Below are positions 49,865 through 57,207 of a stretch of DNA of 64,000 nucleotides, in pieces. This DNA is from a virus. Numbering within the stretch: the first letter of the stretch is position 1; each line of letters opens with the position of its first letter. Below the pieces are notes generated by a model. It was given only the letters and a program-made list of their open reading frames with translations. It did not search any database and was not told where the DNA came from. The position numbers and the translations under genes are program-made. The stretch lies in the IMG/VR virus record IMGVR_UViG_3300025108_000001, positions 1 to 64,000 of that record. One strand, 5' to 3'.

Positions 49865-50247
49865 TGTATTAACCCCTCTAATTTCATTTTTTCCCAAAAC
49901 CCTGATGTATGGGGTTGTATTTTAGACACGGTTGGTAATACATTCGTGTCTTCCAATGAATGCAATTCCTCAATAAACTCCTTAAGATATTCTCTTGCCT
50001 TGCCTTTATTTTGTATATTATCTTTAATAGTAAACACATGAATATCCCAAAAATAGTTACTTGGATTTTCGTCTTGATGATAAACTGCTTCACCCCTTGC
50101 CTTTTTATCATTAGATTCCCATGTTAATTTATCATCCCATTCAGGCGTTAAATCTGACAAGTATTGAAATTGTTTGTCCTTTCTTGGTTTATATGGATTA
50201 CTACCCATATACCAAGTAGGAGATTTCAAAATATTCATCCAACTCAT
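49861..50247 (-). CDS. MSWMNILK-tagged GNAT-like protein
   Basis: IHVFTIKDNIQNKGKAREYL resembles GNAT motif A (Q/RxxGxG/A); also GFWEKM. Confidence 0.55.
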   Translation of the reverse strand: MSWMNILKSPTWYMGSNPYKPRKDKQFQYLSDLTPEWDDKLTWESNDKKARGEAVYHQDENPSNYFWDIHVFTIKDNIQNKGKAREYLKEFIEELHSLEDTNVLPTVSKIQPHTSGFWEKMKLEGLIQ

Positions 50248-50262
50248 TGTAATCTCTCCTTC

Positions 50263-50571
50263 TCAATCTTTTCTTTCTAAAACAATATACCAATCAAAAA
50301 CTGTTCCATCTTCTTTTGTGGCGGCAGGTTCTAATTGTTGAATAGAAAATCCGCCATTTTGTTCTAAGAAATCCCTCAAATTACTCGTTCTTATATCTGA
50401 TGACAGAACATCTTCCTTACTTGAATAAACTTGTGCTAATACTTCCTTATCATCAACAATATAACTTCTAAGCCCACTGTAACTTGTATTTGGAAAAGCA
50501 ACTTTACTTTTAAAATCCTTTCTTTTTCCATGACTTATAAAATCATTTTTCAATATATTTTTCCAACTCAT
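50263..50571 (-). CDS. MSWKNILK-tagged protein
   Basis: Tag; ATGA overlap. Confidence 0.7.
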   Translation of the reverse strand: MSWKNILKNDFISHGKRKDFKSKVAFPNTSYSGLRSYIVDDKEVLAQVYSSKEDVLSSDIRTSNLRDFLEQNGGFSIQQLEPAATKEDGTVFDWYIVLERKD

Positions 50572-51224
50572 TGTAACTTACTCTCCATTTGTTTTCTAAC
50601 ATCTAGCCAAACTTCAGGGTGATTTTGTGCTAACACTTCTTTAATAATTTGCATCTGATGAACAATAATTGTATCTTGTCTCTTGTGAACTAACTTACCT
50701 TTGAACTCCATCAAGTATCTCAAACTCTCACGGACTTCCTTTGCTAACTTAGTTAATGAATCTATATGTTTTGGGTCTAACTCATCTGATTGGAAAAGTA
50801 AATCTAATTTAGTATCTAGTCTAGAAATGTTAGCACTTAAAGTATCAACTTCATTTATCTCTCGCATTGCTATCATGTTTGCTGCTGATTGTTGAACTAA
50901 AGGTTGAACGTGATTTTTCATATGGCGAACTACTTGGTCGGCAGTGCAGTTTACCATTGACCCTACTTCTTCAGGAGTAATTAAAGAATCGTGTATTTGT
51001 AATTCGATTGCACTTCTATGTTCACTAGTGCAAACATTACATTTTGGATTAGAAGAATTAACATATCCTTCCATGTGATTTCTTTGATGCCTTGAAGCAG
51101 TGCCACTAGGCCAATCCATTTGAATATCTAACTCATCAGCAGTAATTATCATGTTATCTAATTCATCTTCAAGGCTCTGCCTATTATCTAAATTACAAAA
51201 AACACAACGTTTTCTAGTTACCAA
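50568..51224 (-). CDS. Putative terminase small subunit
   Basis: Two tandem CxxC...RH.xNH Zn/HTH repeats followed by coiled-coil oligomerisation-like helices; located in the packaging region. Confidence 0.5.
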   Translation of the reverse strand: MVTRKRCVFCNLDNRQSLEDELDNMIITADELDIQMDWPSGTASRHQRNHMEGYVNSSNPKCNVCTSEHRSAIELQIHDSLITPEEVGSMVNCTADQVVRHMKNHVQPLVQQSAANMIAMREINEVDTLSANISRLDTKLDLLFQSDELDPKHIDSLTKLAKEVRESLRYLMEFKGKLVHKRQDTIIVHQMQIIKEVLAQNHPEVWLDVRKQMESKLQ

Positions 51225-51228
51225 CTAA

Positions 51229-51480
51229 TCACCCCATTGTCTCTTTCAATTTTTCTTTAAGTTCTTCTAATGTTTTTTCCGCATCAAGAATAGTAGGTCT
51301 TTGTATTTGTTCAATGATGTTTCTTGCATATTCTATAAGCAAACCTGTTTCTTTATTCATTTTAATAGCGGCTTCTTCAATATCTTCATACAACTTTTCT
51401 AGTAGTTTTTCCGTCTTTTCAATTTGGTCTAGATAAAATGAATATTCTTCTAATCCCTTTAATACAGAAAACCAACTCAT
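51229..51480 (-). CDS. MSWFSVLK-tagged coiled-coil protein
   Basis: Tag; GGGAGA SD. Confidence 0.7.
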   Translation of the reverse strand: MSWFSVLKGLEEYSFYLDQIEKTEKLLEKLYEDIEEAAIKMNKETGLLIEYARNIIEQIQRPTILDAEKTLEELKEKLKETMG

Positions 51481-51497
51481 CTTAATTTCTCCCTCAT

Positions 51498-51680
51498 TTA
51501 TAGTAATTTTTTAAGTTCAGTAATTAAAACCTTAACATCTTCTTTAGTATAGGGTTCAGGATTTGCTAATTTTTCTGGACTAGGATAGCCTAAAATATTG
51601 GAATTAAGTACTTCCATAACTTCGTCCGTTATATCATCTCCCCAATCAAAATCTTCTTTTATTATTCCTTTCCAACTCAT
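51498..51680 (-). CDS. MSWKGIIK-tagged small acidic protein
   Basis: Probable start at 51680. Confidence 0.65.
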   Translation of the reverse strand: MSWKGIIKEDFDWGDDITDEVMEVLNSNILGYPSPEKLANPEPYTKEDVKVLITELKKLL

Positions 51681-51681
51681 C

Positions 51682-51759
51682 TTAATACTCTCCACAATAA
51701 CTACACATACAACAAGAATAATTATCCTCATCTATTTCCATATTACAACATTCTAACAT
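51682..51759 (-). CDS. 25-aa six-Cys microprotein (not in ORF track)
   Basis: MLECCNMEIDEDNYSCCMCSYCGEY; fills the gap between two genes exactly. Confidence 0.5.
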   Translation of the reverse strand: MLECCNMEIDEDNYSCCMCSYCGEY

Positions 51760-52958
51760 ATCATTTCCCTCTTTAAAATATCTTTCCAATTATCTGTATT
51801 GGAATTTATTGATTTATTAGTTTGTTCAAAACCTTCTTGTTGTAAATTATTTTCAGTTGTTTCTTCAACCGGAAAGTTAGCAATCTGAATAGTATTGAAA
51901 TTTCTCTTGTTTTTATTTTCCCAACGCATTCTTTTGTTGTCTAGTAAAATAGTTACAATTTCATTTATTCTCCATCTGCTTATTTTAAACCAAGCAGATT
52001 TTATTTCATTGGGAATATTTATTCCAATCATTTCTTTAATTCTATCAGAATCATTCCCTCTAGGTATTTGTATTGCTTTTCCTTCAATTTCCTTTTGACA
52101 CCTTTCCCATTGAAAATTACCATTAGGTAGAGGTGTTTTCATCCATTTCTTTATTATTCTTTTAACACCACTAATCTCCATTGCTTTCCTAGCCCAACCA
52201 GTTTGAGTTTTATCTCCCAACTGTATTGGTGTATCTTTGCTTAAACCAAGTGGTTGTTCTAATGCTTCTATTCCGGCATTGACTATTTGAAGTAAACTAT
52301 TAGTTAATGTATAGCCCACTACATCATTTGGATTTTCAGCATATAACATAGACCAAAAGGGAGGCTTTGCCAAATTGGGGTCAATATTATACCAAGCCGA
52401 ATCAACAGCAGGTGAAGGTTTTAGTGGAGGGTCGCCCTTTTTACGATTTTTTATTTTATATTCTATTCTATCTTCATAATTAGGAGTTCTAAAATGACCG
52501 AAAATTTTTCGTCTCCCTGTTATCTCACCTGTTTCATCATCTATTTCTTTATCTAGAAAAGGAATACTTCTAGGGTTTGAATCATTTGCACTTGAATTGA
52601 TATTGTTCATATATTGCTGTAATTGTTTCAAATCAGTAATATCATCAACATCAATATCATTGTTAAATATTCTTTTTAACATAGCATTTATTTTGTTCCC
52701 GCCTTCGGGCGAAACTGCACCTGCGAAACCCTTCCTTCTTCCAATTAGACCTTGTTTCAGAAACATACCGTATAGAGAAAGTTGAGGTTGGAGCATTCCT
52801 ATTTTATTTCCTTTAACTGCCTTAGTTTCTGTAACCCATAATTGAAACATTTCACTTAGTAATTTAACATTAACATTGCCTTCAAAATTATAAGTTCCGG
52901 TAGGAGTAGTTGCACTAATCGTTGTTCCTTCTTCTTTTTTTATTGTTTTTTCTACCAC
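51753..52958 (-). CDS. Hypothetical protein ending in WKDILK
   Basis: Probable GTG start at 52958 after GGAGGT; N-terminal VEK/TIKK/E and C-terminal NWKDILKR. Confidence 0.65.
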   Translation of the reverse strand: MVEKTIKKEEGTTISATTPTGTYNFEGNVNVKLLSEMFQLWVTETKAVKGNKIGMLQPQLSLYGMFLKQGLIGRRKGFAGAVSPEGGNKINAMLKRIFNNDIDVDDITDLKQLQQYMNNINSSANDSNPRSIPFLDKEIDDETGEITGRRKIFGHFRTPNYEDRIEYKIKNRKKGDPPLKPSPAVDSAWYNIDPNLAKPPFWSMLYAENPNDVVGYTLTNSLLQIVNAGIEALEQPLGLSKDTPIQLGDKTQTGWARKAMEISGVKRIIKKWMKTPLPNGNFQWERCQKEIEGKAIQIPRGNDSDRIKEMIGINIPNEIKSAWFKISRWRINEIVTILLDNKRMRWENKNKRNFNTIQIANFPVEETTENNLQQEGFEQTNKSINSNTDNWKDILKREMIC

Positions 52959-53085
52959 GTTTTTTACCTCCTTTTGATGAAATTGATTTGTTATTAAATA
53001 AAGATGAAGTTCCATTATTACTAGTAGTAACTGCCCCTGCCATTCGTAGTATAGTAAACCATTTACTGTTAGGGATAGTTGCCAC
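52915..53085 (-). CDS. Small basic protein with KWFTILR tag variant (not in ORF track)
   Basis: MATIPNSKWFTILRMAGAVTS...KGGKKRGRKNNKKRRRNND, 56 aa. Confidence 0.5.
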   Translation of the reverse strand: MATIPNSKWFTILRMAGAVTTSNNGTSSLFNNKSISSKGGKKRGRKNNKKRRRNND

Positions 53086-53211
53086 TTGTATAAGCGCAAC
53101 AACAATTAGACTATGAATGTTTCACTAATTACTATTGTTTTTTATTTTTTCTGATTGCAACCCACACCCAAAAATCATTTGATAAAGTCCAAAAAAATTT
53201 CTCTATTCTAT

Positions 53212-53544
53212 TCAAGAACCTTTTCTCCACTTCTCATTTTTCTTTTCCTTAGTTTTACTAGGACTCCACTTTACTTTATCAGACCAATATGCGGCAGACA
53301 TTTTACCACGTTTAATATTCTTAGCGTGTCTAGATTTGAAGGCCTTTCTTTGACCTGCTGTTTGATTTGTTTTTACTCCCTTCTGTCCGAACCTAATAGT
53401 TTTAACTTTATCACCATCTTTTACTACAACAATGTGAGATTTAGTTTTGTGCTTAATTCTCTTGGGCTTACTAAAGCCACTAACACCTGCTCTTTTCAAC
53501 GCAGGGTGTTTACCCTTCTTTTTTAGAACTTCAAACCATGTCAT
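53212..53544 (-). CDS. MTWFEVLK-tagged highly basic protein
   Basis: SHIVVVKDGDKVKTIRFGQKG...RKAFKSRH...MSAAYW, recalled as a small basic family common near packaging genes of marine phages (unverified). Confidence 0.75.
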   Translation of the reverse strand: MTWFEVLKKKGKHPALKRAGVSGFSKPKRIKHKTKSHIVVVKDGDKVKTIRFGQKGVKTNQTAGQRKAFKSRHAKNIKRGKMSAAYWSDKVKWSPSKTKEKKNEKWRKGS

Positions 53545-53912
53545 TAATTCCACAACTCTTCTTCGGGGTATAGTTCCATTGCTTCTTCTATATCTTCTCT
53601 AAAATTTTCAGCGACTTCTAACCAATCAACATCTGATATTGAATCTCCAATTTCATCTCTATCATTAACGGGAGATAATAATTCATCCATAAAACCTTTA
53701 TTTTGAGACATCATTTCGGGCAACTCTTTCGCTATTGCATCTAAAATATCTTCAATAACTTCTTTTCTAGACCAACCCCAACCAAGATATCCTTTTACTT
53801 TTTGTTTGATTAATTGTATTATTGGAAAATAATTCGCTTCCTCATTCATAACCCACAAATCTGCACTTCTAGTTGCAGTTTTAGTGTCTTTCAAAATATC
53901 TTTCCAACTCAT
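53544..53912 (-). CDS. MSWKDILK-tagged acidic protein
   Basis: Tag at 53912; strongly acidic C-half. Confidence 0.7.
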   Translation of the reverse strand: MSWKDILKDTKTATRSADLWVMNEEANYFPIIQLIKQKVKGYLGWGWSRKEVIEDILDAIAKELPEMMSQNKGFMDELLSPVNDRDEIGDSISDVDWLEVAENFREDIEEAMELYPEEELWN

Positions 53913-53917
53913 ATTAA

Positions 53918-54193
53918 TCACTTCTGCGAGAACTTCCTTCCGGTAGGAACGTGTTGTTTACCCTTTTTAGTTCCTTCTCTTTTTTTCCTATCTTGATACT
54001 TCAATCTAGACTTAGAGGTTTTCTTGTAAGTTCCCTTTGGCATATACCTACCCTTAGTTTTAGACTTAGGAGTTTTACCTTTTTCTTTGGCACTATGTTG
54101 CTCGGCGCTACCCCACTCTTCATTAGTCCAATTCTGTAAATCTCTTTGAGTTTTGGCCTTAGCCTTTAACATATCAAACCAACTACTAATCAC
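53918..54193 (-). CDS. SSWFDMLK-tagged basic protein
   Basis: Start probably GTG 54193 or ATT 54190; contains TQRDLQNWTNEEW...GRYMPK. Confidence 0.65.
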   Translation of the reverse strand: MISSWFDMLKAKAKTQRDLQNWTNEEWGSAEQHSAKEKGKTPKSKTKGRYMPKGTYKKTSKSRLKYQDRKKREGTKKGKQHVPTGRKFSQK

Positions 54194-54389
54194 GATAACC
54201 ACCACCTGCTTTTTTGTAAGCGGCTGCAAGCATTTGTGCTTTTCTTGCAGACCATTGACCTGCCGCACCACCTTTACTACCTGCTTTAATTCTTTGAAAT
54301 TGTTTTTTTCTCATCGTGGGTTTAGTATAATTACCTGCTGAATTAACGGTAGATTTCTTTTTCTTCTTAAGAACTTCAAACCAACTCAT
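54186..54389 (-). CDS. MSWFEVLK-tagged basic protein (DUF5872-like, from memory)
   Basis: NYTKPTMRK...KAGSKGGAAGQWSARKAQMLAAAYKKAGGGY. Confidence 0.75.
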   Translation of the reverse strand: MSWFEVLKKKKKSTVNSAGNYTKPTMRKKQFQRIKAGSKGGAAGQWSARKAQMLAAAYKKAGGGYRD

Positions 54390-54885
54390 AAGCATCACCC
54401 CAATATTTAGTTATAGAGTTACCACTCCTTGATTGTTTTCTAGGTTTTCCAGTTATCTTATCAAAATACCCTGAATTATAATTTTTCCCTAAGTAATATT
54501 TAAGTTCGTTTCCAGTAGGAATAGTGCTAGCACCTGTATTAAAATTATTTTTTGACTCACTCATTTTATCATACATTAACTCTAGTATCTCTCTAGGAGT
54601 TTTCGGCTCTGTAACTTCTAACATAACTTCTTCTATCAACTTCTTAGCATGAATAGACATAGACCTAGAACCTTTCTTTTCTATTTTAGAATTTAAAAAT
54701 TTAGGAAACGCTCCTGTTCTTTTAACACCTTTCTTTTCTCTTGCCTTTCTAGTACAACGTCCACATAACTCTATTCCTTTTGACGATGCAGAAGGAGTAA
54801 GTTTGGTATTGCACACCGGATTAACACAAACCTTTCTAGGTTTAGTGTTAACAGGTGTAGCCTTAATTGTGTCAAACCAACTCAT
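54376..54885 (-). CDS. MSWFDTIK-tagged Zn-finger/wHTH-like protein
   Basis: Tag, CVNPVC...CGRC, then PKTPREILELM. Confidence 0.65.
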   Translation of the reverse strand: MSWFDTIKATPVNTKPRKVCVNPVCNTKLTPSASSKGIELCGRCTRKAREKKGVKRTGAFPKFLNSKIEKKGSRSMSIHAKKLIEEVMLEVTEPKTPREILELMYDKMSESKNNFNTGASTIPTGNELKYYLGKNYNSGYFDKITGKPRKQSRSGNSITKYWGDAYELV

Positions 54886-54896
54886 TGTCTGCCTCT

Positions 54897-55190
54897 TTAT
54901 TCTATTCTTTCAGAAGGTATGTTAAACTCAAAATTATCCACTTCTCCCAATGTTGTCAAATTTGTTTCTAATTTACCTAAACCGATTTGTATATCTAATA
55001 ACAGTTCCCGAATTGCATCATGGTCAAATCTATTTTCTTCAGTTTTAGGTGTATCATAAAGCGCCTTTCTTGTTGCCTCAATACCATCCACTAAAACATT
55101 AAAATTTTTCATCATCTCTTTCATACTATCTGCATCTATTTTTTGCTTTATTATAGTAGTTTCTTTCTTAAGCATATTTTCCCAACTAAT
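54897..55190 (-). CDS. (I/M)SWENMLK-tagged protein with probable ATT start
   Basis: GGGGGTG SD, 4 nt, then ATT AGT TGG GAA AAT ATG CTT AAG. Confidence 0.65.
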   Translation of the reverse strand: MSWENMLKKETTIIKQKIDADSMKEMMKNFNVLVDGIEATRKALYDTPKTEENRFDHDAIRELLLDIQIGLGKLETNLTTLGEVDNFEFNIPSERIE

Positions 55191-55387
55191 AAAACACCCC
55201 CCCAGTAAACACATTACCTTCTAAAAGACTCAAGTTTAATATTATTCCGTTTCCTACTATTTTTGTGGGTAATAAAATGTTTTACCTAACGAAAAGTGAA
55301 AAATGTGGTGGAATTTTTTTACCACTAGCGCGCGTTTTTTTTTTAATTTACTACCATAACCGTAATAAGGATACTATTATTAAAAAA

Positions 55388-55639
55388 TTAAGGAGCATAA
55401 AACGGCTTAACTCTTCTATTACAAGTAGTGCAATGTTTATCATTCCATTCTCCTGATGCGAAATTTAAATGACCCTTACAATAAGGACAGTAAGGGCGTT
55501 TTCTTTTACTAACGCTATCAAGAGCAGGTTTTTTATGTGTTTTTGTATTCTTTTTATTGTTATTACTATTAAAGTGGCCTAGATTCTTAATTATAGTGAA
55601 CCACAAGCCGTCAGATACTACCATTGTCATGCCTACCAC
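55388..55639 (-). CDS. Small Zn-finger protein with LWFTIIK tag variant
   Basis: CPYC...CTTC; first gene of the minus-strand region. Confidence 0.55.
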   Translation of the reverse strand: MVGMTMVVSDGLWFTIIKNLGHFNSNNNKKNTKTHKKPALDSVSKRKRPYCPYCKGHLNFASGEWNDKHCTTCNRRVKPFYAP

Positions 55640-55792
55640 TAGTAAAGTTAATTAAATTAACGATAATAAATAAAAAAAAATAAAAAAAATTTGCAAACAA
55701 AGCATATGGTTGGAGGCTAGGTTTAATCCAACCATATGGTATGGCTGTGACTTTGGTAAGGCCAACCCTATCTGAATATAGTGAGTTATAGT

Positions 55793-55876
55793 ATGTCAGA
55801 AGTTAAGGACTTACACGATGAAATAAAAATTTGGAGACAGCATATGAAAGAATGTAGGAGTGGTTTAAATGAATAA
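55793..55876 (+). CDS. 27-aa leaderless microprotein (not in ORF track)
   Basis: MSEVKDLHDEIKIWRQHMKECRSGLNE; ATG directly follows TAGT, 42 nt from the start of CTTTG; overlaps the next gene. Confidence 0.5.
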   Translation: MSEVKDLHDEIKIWRQHMKECRSGLNE

Positions 55877-56264
55877 TATATTTCAACATAGGCATTATAA
55901 TTATCTTGCTTTAGAATTGCCCTTTATATTGGGTTTAAATGAAGCCGAGGTTTCTTCTATGGCTACTAATCTGAAATACCATAATGAAAATTTTAATCAT
56001 AATAGATTTATGAACACATGGCGTAGAGAAGTTGAAAGAAGGAATGATGAAATGGAAATTACCATAGATAATCTTTCACATTATACATTTGATACAGAAG
56101 CACACAATTCGGGTAAATGTCCTGTTTGTGGAATAAACAACATAGGATATTACAAAGACGAAGTTGGCGTACTACGCCAATGCTTTGACTGTGGTTCTGA
56201 ATGGAATGATGAAATGGAAATTACCATAGAATTAACCGAAGAAACAGGAAGTGAAGTAGAATGA
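55869..56264 (+). CDS. Hypothetical protein with Zn-ribbon module
   Basis: CPVC...CFDC flanked by a duplicated NDEMEITI. Confidence 0.65.
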   Translation: MNNIFQHRHYNYLALELPFILGLNEAEVSSMATNLKYHNENFNHNRFMNTWRREVERRNDEMEITIDNLSHYTFDTEAHNSGKCPVCGINNIGYYKDEVGVLRQCFDCGSEWNDEMEITIELTEETGSEVE

Positions 56265-56539
56265 ATATAGAAGAATATGAGAAAATGAATTGGAAAACAC
56301 CATCTGATGAATTAGAAGATGCGGTGGAAAACTTAGTTGCAGAAGTGAAAAAGTTGCGTGAAGTCATAAGGAAAACCGAAAACCTTTGTACTCACAATTA
56401 TGTGACTATATCGGACTTTGAGATTAACGGCATAAATGTCAGCGTTACTATCCAATGCGATAGGTGCGGAGAAACACAGCAACAAACTTTAGACATAGAG
56501 CAGATAATATGGGATTTGGAATTGGGGTGGATAGATTGA
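56261..56539 (+). CDS. Hypothetical Zn-binding protein
   Basis: CTH...CDRC; ATGA overlap. Confidence 0.65.
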   Translation: MNIEEYEKMNWKTPSDELEDAVENLVAEVKKLREVIRKTENLCTHNYVTISDFEINGINVSVTIQCDRCGETQQQTLDIEQIIWDLELGWID

Positions 56540-56657
56540 GTAAAATATTAGGTTAGAACAAACCTAACAAAAATTGTTCCCCTGAGGGGGGTTGCGTTTC
56601 TCAAAGTTCCACTTACAACCATATGGTGTGGTGGCGACTTATACATGAGTAATGTAA

Positions 56658-56687
56658 TTACTCTTGTTCTTCTTCTTCTTCGTCCAC
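56658..56687 (-). CDS. 9-aa acidic micropeptide MDEEEEEQE
   Basis: Perfect GGAGGTGA SD 5 nt upstream of GTG. Confidence 0.5.
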   Translation of the reverse strand: MDEEEEEQE

Positions 56688-56822
56688 GTTTATCACCTCC
56701 CAATGTGGTAGCGCATCAATACTGATGCTACCATATGGTTGTGCGCGTTGTAAAACTTTGAGAACAATGTGCTGCAACCCGATGGTCTTTCGACCAAAGG
56801 GCTACCATGCATTGTGAGTGCC

Positions 56823-56855
56823 TTAATTTTCCTCTTCTTCTTCATCGTCTTTCAT
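56823..56855 (-). CDS. 10-aa acidic micropeptide MKDDEEEEEN
   Basis: AAAGGAGGT SD upstream; promoter-like element upstream; GAAA-loop hairpin downstream. Confidence 0.55.
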   Translation of the reverse strand: MKDDEEEEEN

Positions 56856-56980
56856 GGTAGCATACCTCCTTTCATACTATACAGTCTGATAACTAATATA
56901 TGAGGTATTACTCAAAGTTTCATACCATATGGTTGTGTAACACTTTGTAGTTCATAACCCCACTATTTTTAGTAAAATAG

Positions 56981-57196
56981 TATCATAGGGCTTCGGTGAA
57001 AGTTGATTCTTTTCATACTTCTAGCAGTGGGAAATTCGTTGTGCTAATATTGTTCAACCGATTAATTATACAATACTGTTCTAGAATAGTATGCATATGT
57101 CATTGAAATTTTAATAGAGACAAGAACGAATGTTCTGACAAATCTAAAAGTGGGATAAATCCTGTGATTCAATCAATTCACTTCAGCCCTGTGATA
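56981..57196 (+). ncRNA. Candidate ~216-nt structured RNA
   Basis: Terminal pairing TATCATAGGGCT/AGCCCTGTGATA (one G-U on the + strand), inner GTGAA/TTCAC and TTGATT/AATCAA, internal hairpins, no ORF in the track. Confidence 0.5.
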
Positions 57197-57207
57197 TCTT
57201 GGGAATT

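Noticed and set aside
52959-53105. N-terminal 49 aa of the 450-aa ORF call, and similar extensions at 34774, 35337, 49035, 49897, 51731, 54271, 55214, 59453 and 62241
   Set aside because: Longest-ORF artefacts; SD position, overlaps and the tag indicate internal starts.
9289-55456. Numerous + strand ORFs across the structural region
   Set aside because: Nearly all are antisense shadows of well-supported minus-strand genes; none shows a recognisable motif.
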